From Bacillota bacterium (lineage in GTDB: Bacteria; Bacillota; Ch66; Ch109): 64,000 bases of DNA. Each line of letters opens with the position of its first letter. Position 1 is the first letter of the stretch. Under the pieces are notes generated by a model. That model made no database searches and was not told where the DNA came from. It saw nothing but the letters and a program-made list of their open reading frames with translations. Where the stretch lies: assembly GCA_050952625.1 (NCBI GenBank), contig JBMNLH010000001.1, positions 1,600,001 to 1,664,000 of the forward strand. Reading direction: 5' to 3'. Below, one piece after another: positions 12,071 through 23,649 of the stretch. The position numbers and the translations under genes were made by a program.

Positions 12071-12104
12071 AGGCTGTAATGAACACCAATGTTCACTACA
12101 GCCT
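12071..12104 (-). terminator. Intrinsic terminator hairpin, copy 1 of a direct repeat (copy 2 at 15465-15498)
   Basis: AGGCTGTAATGAACA-CCAA-TGTTCACTACAGCCT with an adjacent A-run (T-run on the minus strand). 30/34 identical to 15465-15498. Confidence 0.7.
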
Positions 12105-12444
12105 CAACAAGAATCCTATTGCGCCAAAAATGGTTGGGCAAAAATGAGCATAAAAAAGCCGTACGTGAGCACGGCAGATTATCATGCTTTATTCCTGAGG
12201 AAGGAGCAAATATATGCCGGTGTTCTCAATAACCGTGTCGCATGGTACAACTAAAAAGCCGGTTAAATTATCCGACCTTAACTAACTCTAGCTCTCAATA
12301 CCAAGCGAACTACCTATTTGGTTACGGTTAGTTGAAAACAACCTCTAACACAAACTCAATCCTTTACTTTTAAACTATATCTATTTTAAATCATTTTCCA
12401 ACATCAAGTCAACCTGTTCTAGAAAGCAAGCGACGGTTCCGTGT

Positions 12445-12560
12445 TTTATCTGATTCACAAGACTTCTGCTTTTGAAAATGAGGGTTACCTTGTTTATACT
12501 TCAGGTGGAGTAGAGTCTCCATCTGAGGCCTCGAGGTTCAGCGAAACTGAACGAGTTCAC
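12445..12560 (+). mobile_element. Family A IS200/IS605-like non-autonomous element
   Basis: TTTAT-CTGATTCACAAGACT...GGGTTACCTTG...TTCAGGTGGAGTAGAGTCTCCATCTGA...GTTCAGCGAAACTGAACGAGTTCAC. Confidence 0.7.
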
Positions 12561-12626
12561 TAGTTAGGACCGTGGCCATTCCTCCGACTCACGTCATTCG
12601 AATGGCCCAGCCTTATGTGTTCCTGA

Positions 12627-14663
12627 TTAAAGTGAATGATTAATGGAATTATATAAAGGTATCTCTATCATCACCTTAAATAAATCGCCGTCAATTTCTA
12701 CCTTAAACTGGCCTCCCTGTAACTTGGTCAGGCTTTGAGCGATGGCTAAACCCAGACCGGAGCCTTCAGTTGTTCTGGAGACATCTCCTCGCACAAAACG
12801 TTCGGTCAACTGGTCCGGAGAAACCTCCAGCGGAACCGCCGAGATATTCTTGATAGTTAATAATCCATATTGATCGATTTTCACGATATCGATATACACC
12901 CTGGTGTTAGGCATGGAATACTTCACCACATTGGACAGCAGGTTTTCGATTATCCGCCACATCTGTTTTCCGTCGGCCCAGACTAATATGTCTTTTTCAG
13001 TGGGCTGAACGCGAATGTCCAGTTGGGCTTGCTTGATTTTTTCCTCGTACTCGCCACAGGCCTGGAAGACAAGTTCCTGCAGATCCACTTTTTCTGCCGT
13101 GACCGCCAAATTGCCGCTAGAGGCCTTGCTCGCTTCAATCAGATCATCAATCAGTTGCTTTAATCTTTCAGACTTTTCTTCCAAAATCCCCACATATTCA
13201 GCCGCCGGTTCACTATTTAGCTCCTCCATCTTGAGCAAATCAACATAATTAATAATGGAGGTGAGCGGTGTTTTTAAGTCATGCGAAACATTGGTAATCA
13301 GATCTGTTTTCATCCGTTCTCCCTTAATGGCTTCGGCAACGGCTTTTTTCAGCCCCGCCTGAATGCTTTGGATATCCTCGGCAAAACCGGAAAAGGCAAC
13401 TGATATTTTAGTATTGTCCAGCGGATAGTCTAGATTTCCCATGGATATTTCTTTAGCCGCGCCCATTATTTGAGTTAATGACAGAAGGGCTTTGGCCGCA
13501 AAATATACCACAGCGACATTCAAGGGAATTATTAATAGAATCGTAACTAAAATAAAAAATTCATCCTCGCCTACCAAGCCACAGGAAAAAAACAGAATGC
13601 CATTGGCTAACCCATACGCTAAGAGCAGCAACAGGGTCCAAACCTTAAAAGTTTTTCCGTTAAAGCATATTTTGGTGAGGTCTCTTATAATGTTGAATAG
13701 CCGATAGATTAAAGTATTTTTAATTATTTGGCCGCTTTTGATCTGCCTAGTCATGGATAAAACATAGTTTAAACCAATTAGAGCATTCAGACTTAGCACA
13801 ATTATCGATAATACCAATGACTCAATCAAATTATAATAATAAAAAGAACTAGCATAAAAATTCAACGGAAAATTTGCCAGGGAAAATAGGATCACAAAGA
13901 ATACCCCGACAGAATGAACGTCTGAATAGATCTTATCAACGAAGGAAAGAACTATCTCCCCACCCTGTTCACGTCGCCCTGCAACGCCAACAAGATAGAT
14001 AATAGCTAGTACCATCAAGAATGCCGCGGCTATTAATAAGTTTTTGTAAGCCAAAACCTTGTCGATCATTAGTTTGATTTTAGTATAGCCTATATACTCA
14101 TCATAAAAACCATCTCCCGGGGTTAATGGTTCGATGACTGCTGTATAAACCTCAAACGGAGTACCGGCCAGCATTCGTCTGATAGCATTAGCATACTGGG
14201 GATAATCAGTATTCGCTTTCCCCTGGTCATAATAGGCGAACGTCGCTTGTTTTTGAATTAAAGCCGCCGCCTCAGTTGCCGTTCCTTCCGTTACGTTGGT
14301 AATCTCCTCACCAGTTTGGGTGTTTTTCAGGTAATAGGCGAAATTAACGGTAGCGGACAGCCTGTCCTGGATGCGCTGCAAACGATTCAAATTATCTAAT
14401 ATAATCATTTTCTCTTCGGCAGAGGCCTTAATGTTTTCTTCACTTTTTAATTCCACGTTCAGCTCAACCGTATTATGAATTAACCGGGCATATTCCATCC
14501 TGAATGAATTAGTGTCAAAATAGTTGTTGCTTCTGATAATCTCCGAATTTTGTAATAAAAACAGAGCACTGCCAAAACTAACCACAAAACACAGCCAGGC
14601 TAGTACAACAGCCGTCACCTTTACCCCAGTTGAGTATTTAATATTTTTCAATTTTGTAGCCAA
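12627..14663 (-). CDS. Membrane sensor histidine kinase
   Basis: Multiple TM segments, HAMP, SHDLKTPLT, NLLSNVVKYS, GSGLGLAI. Confidence 0.93.
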   Translation of the reverse strand: MATKLKNIKYSTGVKVTAVVLAWLCFVVSFGSALFLLQNSEIIRSNNYFDTNSFRMEYARLIHNTVELNVELKSEENIKASAEEKMIILDNLNRLQRIQDRLSATVNFAYYLKNTQTGEEITNVTEGTATEAAALIQKQATFAYYDQGKANTDYPQYANAIRRMLAGTPFEVYTAVIEPLTPGDGFYDEYIGYTKIKLMIDKVLAYKNLLIAAAFLMVLAIIYLVGVAGRREQGGEIVLSFVDKIYSDVHSVGVFFVILFSLANFPLNFYASSFYYYNLIESLVLSIIVLSLNALIGLNYVLSMTRQIKSGQIIKNTLIYRLFNIIRDLTKICFNGKTFKVWTLLLLLAYGLANGILFFSCGLVGEDEFFILVTILLIIPLNVAVVYFAAKALLSLTQIMGAAKEISMGNLDYPLDNTKISVAFSGFAEDIQSIQAGLKKAVAEAIKGERMKTDLITNVSHDLKTPLTSIINYVDLLKMEELNSEPAAEYVGILEEKSERLKQLIDDLIEASKASSGNLAVTAEKVDLQELVFQACGEYEEKIKQAQLDIRVQPTEKDILVWADGKQMWRIIENLLSNVVKYSMPNTRVYIDIVKIDQYGLLTIKNISAVPLEVSPDQLTERFVRGDVSRTTEGSGLGLAIAQSLTKLQGGQFKVEIDGDLFKVMIEIPLYNSINHSL

Positions 14664-15333
14664 TCCCCCACACCACCTTTAAATATTTTGGCTCTTTCGG
14701 ATTAATCTCGATCTTTTCTCTGATCCGCCGAATGTGTACCGCGACCGTATTTTCTGCGGAATAGGACGGCTCTCGCCAGACATTTTCATAGATTTGTTGG
14801 ATCGAAAAAACATGCCCCATGTTTCGCATCAGGAACAGCATAATCCCGTATTCGGTTGCGGTTAGCTTAACGGGCTCCCCATCAACCCGCAGATCCTTGG
14901 CTTCTGGATCAAGTTCTAAACTACCCGTTGTTAAAACTCCGCTTTTCCGAGCGATACTACCCAGGGCCGTGTAACGGCGCATCTGCGATTTGACTCGGGC
15001 CATCAACTCTAATGGATTGAAAGGTTTGGTCACATAATCATCAGCCCCGAAGTTTAAGCCAATTATTTTATCCGTATCCTCTGATTTGGCCGATAATATA
15101 ATTATCGGTAGGTTTTGCTCTTCGCGAATCTTCAGGGTTGTGGCAAGGCCATCCAGTTCCGGCATCATTATATCCAACAGGATCAGATGAATTGTCTGTT
15201 CCGATAAAGCCTGTAAGGCCTGCGTCCCGGTGTAAGCCTTAACTACCCTATAATTCTCCATCATTAAGAACTTTTCCAATGCATCGACAATGGCTTGGTC
15301 ATCATCACATACCAAAACATTTAGTTTATCCAT
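14638..15333 (-). CDS. OmpR-family response regulator
   Basis: VLVCDDD, LDIMMP, KPFNP, winged-helix end VWGIGYK. Overlaps the kinase start. Confidence 0.95.
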   Translation of the reverse strand: MDKLNVLVCDDDQAIVDALEKFLMMENYRVVKAYTGTQALQALSEQTIHLILLDIMMPELDGLATTLKIREEQNLPIIILSAKSEDTDKIIGLNFGADDYVTKPFNPLELMARVKSQMRRYTALGSIARKSGVLTTGSLELDPEAKDLRVDGEPVKLTATEYGIMLFLMRNMGHVFSIQQIYENVWREPSYSAENTVAVHIRRIREKIEINPKEPKYLKVVWGIGYKIEKY

Positions 15334-15464
15334 TTACATTCCCCTCCCCTGTTGACAATTTGTCGTTCATTTTAAATCACCTGCCTTTTCGCCTATTTTA
15401 GGCGGCAGGTTTTACAAAACACCGGATAAAAATCTTAAAATTATCTTAAAAATCTGCACAAAAA

Positions 15465-15498
15465 AGGCCGTAATGAACACCAAAGTCCATTACAGCCT
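15465..15498 (-). terminator. Intrinsic terminator hairpin, copy 2
   Basis: AGGCCGTAATGAACACCAAAGTCCATTACAGCCT plus an A-run, downstream of the P-II gene. Confidence 0.7.
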
Positions 15499-15586
15499 GA
15501 CTATCTCAGGAGAAAAAGAACTATCAGGGATTGTAGGAACTTAACTATCCTGCAAAAAACGGCCGGGAGAACCGTCCCCGTGGCTG

Positions 15587-16252
15587 TTAATACAAGCCGT
15601 AGGTTTTGTTGATATCAAGGATAAAGATGATGCCATGTCCCGGTTTATCGATCTTTAGGGTTTCTCTAATTGTGGCAACAATACCCTCGGTCAGGTTTTC
15701 CTCCGCTAAGATCAGCACGATATCCTTTTCTGGTTCAACGACCATTGAGAAAAGCTTGCTGTTCTCATGAATTCCGGAACCTCTGGCGTGAATTATCGTG
15801 GCCCCTCTAGAGCCGGCTTTTTCAGCAGCCTCGACCGCCGTTTCCCCCATCCCTCTATCAACAACCGTAAAAATAGCATTATACATTGGGTTGGTTCCAC
15901 CTCCACTAGCTTTAAGTTTATTATCGATACAGTTTCTAGCACCAATAATGTTAGCCACAGAAGTAGTAAAAGCTATCCCATGATTCGGTCTGGCAAAATT
16001 AAACCTTTTATTCAAGTCTTCAAGTGCCTTATCAACCGTTTGTCTCTCCGCTATGGTTAGCACTATTTCTTTTCTAATATCGTATAGGCCTAGAAGTTCT
16101 AATAAATGATTTTTTATGGTTCCTTTCCCTAAAAAAATGGTCCCACCAGAAACGCCATTCTGTTTCGCCGTTTTAATTACTTTGCTGCCTAACCCAAAAT
16201 TGACAACGACGCATAATAGTTCGTACGTTTTTCCACTAGCTGGGCTCTCCAT
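15587..16252 (-). CDS. Tandem P-II-like regulator (DUF1538-associated)
   Basis: Two P-II-like repeats (GGTIFLGKGT; GATIIHARGSG ... EPEKDIV ... GHGIIF). Confidence 0.85.
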   Translation of the reverse strand: MESPASGKTYELLCVVVNFGLGSKVIKTAKQNGVSGGTIFLGKGTIKNHLLELLGLYDIRKEIVLTIAERQTVDKALEDLNKRFNFARPNHGIAFTTSVANIIGARNCIDNKLKASGGGTNPMYNAIFTVVDRGMGETAVEAAEKAGSRGATIIHARGSGIHENSKLFSMVVEPEKDIVLILAEENLTEGIVATIRETLKIDKPGHGIIFILDINKTYGLY

Positions 16253-17732
16253 CTTCTTCTAGACCCCCTTTAACTGTTTTTAATTTAAAAATTAAGCCTA
16301 AAACCTGCAAGGCAATTAAAGGAGTTAAAGCTACCATAGCAATTACCCCAAACCCATCAATTAATACATTAGCTCCTTCCATCGATTCCGCTGCCCCCTG
16401 GGCAAAGGCTAAGATAAAAGTTGCGGTCATTGGGCCCGAAGCAACTCCGCCTGAGTCAAAAGCAATCCCGACGAAGAGTTTTGGCACTATATAAGTTAAG
16501 GCAATCGACACTAAATAACCAGGCAATAAATAATGCCATAACTGAATCTGGGGAACAACTATTCTTAACATGGATAGAGCAACCGCAAAGGCAACCCCGA
16601 TTGATAAGGTAAATAATATAACATTTCTTTTAACATATCCACTGGTAACATTCTCTATTTGTTCTGTTAAAACGTAAACCGCTGGCTCAGCTAATATTAC
16701 AACTAATCCAAGGATGAAACCAGTAAGGATAAGCACCCAGTTATTATCTAAAGCGGCGACACCATAACCGACAGCACTGCCAATTTCCATAAAACCGGCA
16801 TTGACACCGGTTAGAAATAGAACCAGTCCGAGAAAAGTATAGATAAGTCCTTTCGATATCTTTAGCAATTTCTTTTTCTGTAGTTTAAAAACAATAATAT
16901 TAAAAATATAAAACAACGAAAGGATGGGGAGTAAGGCTAATAAAACTTCTAGCATCATTGTCGGGGCTTTTTGAAGAAACGGGCCAATAATCGAAGTTGA
17001 TAAGGTTGTATCATACGCTAGATCACCACTGTATCCTTCTGGCCTGGTTAAAACGCCCATCAAAATGACTGTAATTATCACTCCGGCCGAGGCGATTGCT
17101 ACTAGTCCAAAACTATCCTCCTCTGATTCTTTCCCTTTTTTTAAGGAGGATACCCCTATCCCTAGGGCCAGGATAAACGGAACAGTCATGGCACCAGTTG
17201 TTGCTCCCGAAGCATCAAATGAGATGGCTAAGAATTCTGACGAGGAAAATAAAGCGAAAACAAAAATAACAAAATAAAGGCCCGTTAAAACCTTATTTAA
17301 CGGTTTATTAAAAACTATTCTTAATAAGCCCAAAGATATCATTGCTGCAATTCCAATCGATACTACAATAATCAGACTTGGTTTAGATATTATTCCATCT
17401 GTAACATTACTCACTTGCCCGGCCAGCACATGCAAATCAGGTTCAGCAATCGAAATAAGAAAACCGAGGATTAGACCAGCGATGCCGATAATCCAGACCT
17501 TATTACTTTTAGCCAGTGATGTCCCCATTAAGTTTCCGATCGGCCCTATACCTATCTCAGTGCCAAATAAAAAAATAGATAGTCCGATGACGATTAAGAC
17601 GGCCCCGAGGAGAAATCTTAATATTTGATAGCTTTCAAGAGGAGTAATAGTAATATTTAGTATTAAAACTATTATTGTAATTGGCAGCACCGCCAAAGCG
17701 ACTTCTTTAAATTTCTCCACGAGTATATTCAA
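16236..17732 (-). CDS. DUF1538 double-domain membrane protein (putative transporter)
   Basis: Two copies of the AEP and FD(A/S)SG(A/G)..GxMT motifs; highly hydrophobic; paired with P-II. Confidence 0.85.
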   Translation of the reverse strand: MNILVEKFKEVALAVLPITIIVLILNITITPLESYQILRFLLGAVLIVIGLSIFLFGTEIGIGPIGNLMGTSLAKSNKVWIIGIAGLILGFLISIAEPDLHVLAGQVSNVTDGIISKPSLIIVVSIGIAAMISLGLLRIVFNKPLNKVLTGLYFVIFVFALFSSSEFLAISFDASGATTGAMTVPFILALGIGVSSLKKGKESEEDSFGLVAIASAGVIITVILMGVLTRPEGYSGDLAYDTTLSTSIIGPFLQKAPTMMLEVLLALLPILSLFYIFNIIVFKLQKKKLLKISKGLIYTFLGLVLFLTGVNAGFMEIGSAVGYGVAALDNNWVLILTGFILGLVVILAEPAVYVLTEQIENVTSGYVKRNVILFTLSIGVAFAVALSMLRIVVPQIQLWHYLLPGYLVSIALTYIVPKLFVGIAFDSGGVASGPMTATFILAFAQGAAESMEGANVLIDGFGVIAMVALTPLIALQVLGLIFKLKTVKGGLEEDGEPS

Positions 17733-17845
17733 ATATTCTCACTCCCTTTCATTGTATTAGTATAACACAGGCAAGTTTCTTTCGCTGCAGTATTGCCAGT
17801 CAACGTCCAACAGACCGCTGTTTTCCCCAAAATATCATTTTTCGG

Positions 17846-17925
17846 GGCGGGATAATAACCAAAGAAAATCCCGACCGCCGTCGCAAAACTAAGGGCCACA
17901 ACTATTAACCAAGGCACAGATAAAA
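17846..17925 (-). pseudogene. C-terminal stump of a MacB-like ABC permease
   Basis: WLIVVALSFATAVGIFFGYYPA is the hallmark last TM helix of MacB/FtsX permeases. No upstream gene body. Confidence 0.6.
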
Positions 17926-17944
17926 CACCTTACAGCCCGTAACT

Positions 17945-18080
17945 TCTATGAGCCATTATACGTTAATCATAACAACGAACTTGACCACTGGCATCTTCAA
18001 TTGAAGGCATGCGTCAGCAACCGGTCCGTCAGGAGGTCGCTCAACAATCCGTGCTTCAAAATGTGTCACATGAATTTAAA
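17945..18080 (+). pseudogene. Fragment of a HAMP-HisKA sensor kinase (CssS-like)
   Basis: Manual translation ASSIEGMRQQPVRQEVAQQSVLQNVSHEFK resembles the HAMP end plus the H-box QNxSHELKTP. Confidence 0.55.
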
Positions 18081-18295
18081 GGCCGGTTTGCGATTTAATC
18101 AAAAACATTTATAATAGTAGATAGATATTTTTACTGAAATAAAATTTCAAGTAGAAGAGTCTAATATAATTCTTTCACTGCTATACTACTACTATACTTG
18201 ATATATACTAATTTTTTTACTGCAAGGCCTTAACGAAGTCATAATTATAACAAAATATATTTAAATTTATAAACCATGCGAGGTGAAAGATCCAA

Positions 18296-18697
18296 TTGAA
18301 AACTGACCCAATTAAAGGCGGCCCTATGGAGAAGCTATATGCCATCATAGCCATTATTATCGGTGTATTTGTACTGATTGCCCTGTTTGGTCAGTTGATT
18401 ATGATCAAAGAACCAATCCCCCAGGGCACGATCGTTTATGTAAATGAAGAAACGAAAATTTATTATGCTCCCCCCTACATTTTAGGGGATAAATATCCAG
18501 AAGATTTGGATGTAAGTAACTTAAAATCAATGACTGTTTCCGAGGCTGAGAGTAATAATTATCAAGCAGATAACAAGTGTGAAGAAATGGGTTATTTTAG
18601 GGAACAGTATTCCCTAAAGGATACGATCCTGATTAAGATTGGCCTGATCGAACTGCCCCCTAGTCGGTGGAACCCGGATGGGTCCTGGAATTGGTAG
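18296..18697 (+). CDS. Hypothetical membrane-anchored protein
   Basis: 133 aa ORF with an N-terminal TM helix and upstream GAGGTG; no recognised domain. Confidence 0.7.
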   Translation: MKTDPIKGGPMEKLYAIIAIIIGVFVLIALFGQLIMIKEPIPQGTIVYVNEETKIYYAPPYILGDKYPEDLDVSNLKSMTVSEAESNNYQADNKCEEMGYFREQYSLKDTILIKIGLIELPPSRWNPDGSWNW

Positions 18698-18811
18698 ATG
18701 CGGTAATAATATCTTCATAATAATTGACTATCTGGTTGACCTCACCAGAGCCGGACTGACACCATGTCACTGCCGACAGCGACGACCAACCAATATTGAA
18801 TCCAGATAATA

Positions 18812-18847
18812 AAGGAAGCAAGGGAACTACCTGTCCCTTGCTTCCTT
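18812..18847. repeat. Family C REP-like palindrome / bidirectional terminator
   Basis: Perfect 14 bp inverted repeat AAGGAAGCAAGGGA-N8-TCCCTTGCTTCCTT between convergent genes. Confidence 0.6.
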
Positions 18848-18866
18848 GTCTGTCTACTCATTCATA

Positions 18867-21800
18867 CTATCCATGCAAAAGATTGTATAAAACCTGAGCC
18901 ATTTCTGCCCGTGAAGAAGTGGCCAGAGGCCTCAGCAATCCATTGCTCCCACTTACTGTGCCCGTTTCGACAAATAGCTTGATCGCTGGTTTCGCCCAGG
19001 AAGCAATTCCATCGGCATCACTGAAGCTTTCCAGGTTCTTGTCACCGTTTCCCTCTGGCAGTTCCTCAATGACCTTTAGGGCATTGTAGAGCATGGTAAA
19101 CATCTCCTGCCGAGTAATAAAACGTTCTGGGGCGTACATATTGTCCCCGATCCCGCTTACTATCTTTAGATTTTTGGCGGCAGCCAGGTAATTAGTGTAA
19201 TAGGTATTTCCGGCATCAGCAAAGTTGATCGTCGGGTTTTGCTCAGGATCAATTCCGTAGGCTTTCATCATCATCACTACAAACTGTCCTCGGGTCATCT
19301 GCTGAGTTGGGCCGAATCTGCCCGATTCAACTCCCTTGACTATATCCCGGGCTGCCAGGAATCCAATCGCATTACTGTACCAGTCTGTATCTTTCACGTC
19401 CTCGAAGCTGACGTCATTGTAACCAATCGCATACTTGGAAAAATGAGTTGTCTCGAAATCAACCGTATTGGTAGCCGGATTGAAAGCACCCCGGACCGCA
19501 ATCAAGTTCTGATTGTTGTCAATGTAGTAAACGACAATCGCCTCTTCCTTCTCACCTGGTTTTGGTGTATACGGAATGCTGAGGCGAGCCTTTCCGCCTT
19601 CAAAACTGGAGATTTCTGTGTCCCCAGCCTTAACTGAGAAGTTGTAAACTGGACGATCAGCAACAACCGCCAGGGCTTGCGGGGATAACGAACCCGCATC
19701 AACACTGGCTACGCTGATGCTGACATCCCCAGTCGAAGCCGCATTATTGATAGTCTGAAGTACCTTGTTGTCAAAGGTGACGGTTGCCAGGGCTGTATTG
19801 ACCGTGACGTTGGCTTGCGTTTCAGTCGCCAAGTTCATAATTGATGTTTTGGGAATTGCGATCTCCACCGCTTTTGCTTCTGGGGCTGCTTCAACTTTTA
19901 TTTCCACGACCGCCTTCTGTCCAGCAGCCTCCGCTGTTTTGGCCTGAGTAATCATGGCTTCCATAGCTGTTGTGCTTACGGGAGCGGTAGCTTTACCGGT
20001 AGCACTATCCAGAGCGGCAGTCGTACTGGTTGACGCTGTTGTCGTTCCATCCGTTGTTGTGGGAGGGTTTGTCGTTGTTGGGGGAGTTGTTGGGGTAGCG
20101 GGTGCTCCGCTACTACTGCTACCTCCGCCGCTGCTGCCTCCACCGCTAGTAACTGATACCAGGCCGGCAATCGCATTGTTAATAGCTACTGTCTTTTCCA
20201 CCATCTCGTCCAGGGTTGTTTCCGGCAGTGCCAAGGCAGTTGTTAAGATCACCCAACTGGCCGTGGTGTAGTTAGCCTGCACCTTGGCATCCGCCGCCGC
20301 CTTCGCTGCGATTAAGTCACCAACCGCTCCGTCAACCAGGTAGTAAGTTAAAAGGCACGTCCCAAAGCGATAATCTTCATCCCTAACTTCTATCATTAAC
20401 TGATAGCCTTGATCAGGACCAGTTCCCGGTACGCGGTATTTGTCGTCAAAAGTGCTCAAGTCAACAGAAAAGGAAAAACGGTTGTCACTCCTAATCACCT
20501 CCGGTCCAATACCCTCAACTATTACCCCTTCGTAATCGCCGTCCTGCATGGCCGCATGGCTTCTTATAGCAACCTCAAAACCAGTGATCGCTTTGCCTTT
20601 AGCTTCTATACTGCCGCTAACCTGCAGCACCGGATATGACAGAGAGATCTGTGCTTCTTCCTCGGGGGATTCACATTCCACAATAATTTCAGGGTCAATA
20701 GGGCCTCCGCCGCCACCTTCAGTGCTGACCACCACATAACAGCCAACCGTTGCATTACCGTCAACCGAAGCGGCTGTTATGAGAGCTGGCCCTTCCGCAA
20801 CGGCGGTCAATAGACCTTGGTCACTGACCGTGACTGCGTCGGGATTATTGCTTTGCCAGGTAACTTCCCGATTAGTTGCGTCCGCCGGATGGGCAAGGGC
20901 TTCGAGCTGACAGGTATCTCCCACCTTTAGTTCCAGGCCGGTTGCCAATTCCTGCGTTTCCGTTAGAATCAGATCAATCCACTCCACCAAAACATCGGAG
21001 GAACCCGGAGAACGTTCATCTCTTAGTGCCTGCAGGGTTTGAACGCCTCGGTTGTGTTCAGCCCAGGCCATTTGAAGCTGAACCGTGTTCAGCGCATAGT
21101 CCATCACCATGCAGTTGTCCAATTTTTCCTTATACTCAGCAGATTCGGTCTCAAAATCTTCATCGCTCAGCGAACGCAGGTAGTCAGCGTTTCGCTGGAT
21201 CTCATCCGCCACAATCATTGCATTATAGTAGGCACCGCTCGTTCCCTCCAACTGCTCGATAAATCGTGGAATGTCGGACTTATTGAGAGAAATAGATTCC
21301 CGGTAAAGTTTTAAAATGGTGTCGTTTTGTGATAAATAACTTTGGGAATCGGTGATTTCCTTGCCAATCAATTCTCCTAAATTTTGATAGGCTTCCTGAT
21401 TCCCGTACACCCCTAGCTCTCTAAGCAACTGATCAAGCTGACCAGCATCGTACTGGCAATTACGCTGCCCGGTAGTTATCTGGAGCAGGAACTGGAGTTC
21501 CTGGGCACGCAAATCACTCAAATCAGTTTTTATCTGGTTAAATACCGTCGCTTTTTGCTCTGCCGCTGCCGCGTCAATTAAACTGTTGACATAGTCCTCA
21601 TTCACAATCGGCATATTTTCGCCATAATTTTCCGGGTTGTAATAAGTAAAATAGGGACTGGTCTTGTACAGGTTCTTCAAGGACACATAGGCACCAGCCA
21701 TGAAGGTCGCGCTATTTTGCAGATTGGTGTAAAGCGAGTCATACCCGGCAGCCGCGGCTTTTAGCTCCGATTCGAACAGCGCGGATTCGGTTTGAAAATC

Positions 21801-23493
21801 ATCGATGTTCTTCTCGATAATAGTCTGCTGACCCTCCATCCCAGCCAGCAATTGATAATCGTTTTCCCACCATCCCGTGGTTAGCATGCTTTCGAGGTTA
21901 CTCTGGATTGTACCATAGCTAATCCCGTTCAACACATAACTTTTTAGATCTCCGCCAACATAAGCAACATAGACACTCTCCAGGCCGTTGATTTCCTGCT
22001 CAACACTGTCAAACTGGGGCCCGCAGCGTCTCATCCGCGATCAAAGCCTCCACGTCCTGGATATACTGCTGGAGGAGTTCGATAGATTTATCCCAGTTAT
22101 CAACCAGGTCCTGGCCGCTGGAATCAATAACCGATTTTGTCTCACTGTACGGATGATAGTAAGAAAAATAAGCCGCCGGGTCGATGGGCGTGGTCAGATC
22201 AATTGCTCCATAAGGAGCATCTGCATAACACGAAACCCACAGGTCGTTCTCGATGATTTTCTGTTCGGCAGTTGGATGATTGGTTAATGCCCCCCCATCA
22301 TCGTAATCCAGCAGGGCATAGATGTCATGCTTGCGTTGGAGCACCTCCGCCAGAATACCCTCAAATCCTGATTTGATACTGGTCGCCTCCGACTCAACTT
22401 GAGCTCTCTTGGCCGCAATTTCTTCTTCAGTCATTTCTTCATCAGGAGCGGGGATACCATAATTTACTGCCTCCGTGCTCCAAGCAAAAGTAGCCGCCAC
22501 ATTCTCTGCCAACGCAGTTTCTTTTTGTTTAATCAGCTGCTCCTTTTCCTCTTCTTTCTGCTGTTCCAGAATGCGCAGAGTTTCCATCGATGAAGACAAT
22601 TGTCCTAGCTGGCTGTTGATCTCGTTGATAATTGCCTTGTCGGTTCTTTCCAGGATATCCAGCATTTCCTGCATAATGGCCAAGACTTCACCGACATCCG
22701 GGTCCTCCCGCAACTTGCCGTACATGTCCACCGCCCGATCTTTAAGGAAGAAAATGCATTCGGCAATGGCCTCGCTGACCTTACTAGCGGAAGGAGTGAT
22801 GGCCGGAATCATGATATTGTCGATAATTATATCCTTGATTAAAATTTCCGAACCGGCTTTGAAGGCGTTTCCTACCTGTTTGGCCTTGATGTCCGCGAGT
22901 TTTTCGTAGATTGCCTGCCCAGCGGCGTATTCCTGATCTATGTCCTGTGTCAGCTGCAAGGCCGCTTCGTACTGCGAACTCTGTTTAACCTCGACCGAAA
23001 AGTTGCCCAGTTCAGATTTAACATCGTTTAGACTCTTATCGCCCACCATCAGCGTGTTGTAGCCGTTGCCGGTAAAGAACGCCGCTAGCCCGGGATATTC
23101 CCGCGCCCCAATGGCCGCTTCCCAGGCTTCGCCGGCTGCCTTCCACCCTGAGACCTCGTTTTTCCAATCAACCATTGCCTGGCTCCCGGCTGATCCAAAC
23201 TGGTCAGCTCGATAGGCTGGGGCAAAAGCATAGTTACGCGAAACAGTTCTTCGGTCCGTTTCATCCAGCATGTTCCACATATTAGCGTTAAAGGCTGACC
23301 CCATCTGATCAGAGCGGTACTGGGTTCCATTATACTCAAAAACGACATAATACCTAAGACCGTCGCCGACAGTACTAACTACTCGAGCCTGTCCCGACTC
23401 TGCCCCCAGAGCAGTCGACGGGTTAATTAAAACAGGACTCAGGCTAGTGAAAAGCAAAAACAATCCTAAACAAATGGATAAAAATTTTTTCAT
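18867..23493 (-). CDS. Large secreted S-layer-homology protein (~1540 aa): signal peptide, long helical N-region, Ig-like (Big_2), FIVAR-like, Gly/Thr linker, 3 SLH; frameshift near 22020
   Basis: Start MKKFLSICLG at 23493 after GGGGGG. Big_2 motif PADATNREVTWQSNNPDAVTV. SLH motifs MTRGQF, ITRQEM, SSRAEMA. ORFs 22009-23604 and 18867-22034 overlap. Confidence 0.82.
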
Positions 23494-23649
23494 TTGAACC
23501 CCCCCATCTTTAATATAACGTCTATTTCTCAATATAACAGTATCGCCAAATTTTACATACCCCCCTTCGTAGGTACCTAGTGTATAGTAAAAAAACAGGT
23601 TCAAGAAAAATAGATCTTTTCCAATACTGGTTGATTAGAACCATAAAAA

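Noticed and set aside
20030-20150. Low-complexity GTT/GCT-rich tract as a DNA repeat element
   Set aside because: It encodes the Gly/Ser/Thr/Pro linker of the SLH protein.
23557-23580. CsoR-like operator TACCCCCC..GGTA upstream of the SLH gene
   Set aside because: Symmetry is weak and no CsoR or copper genes are nearby; cannot be supported.
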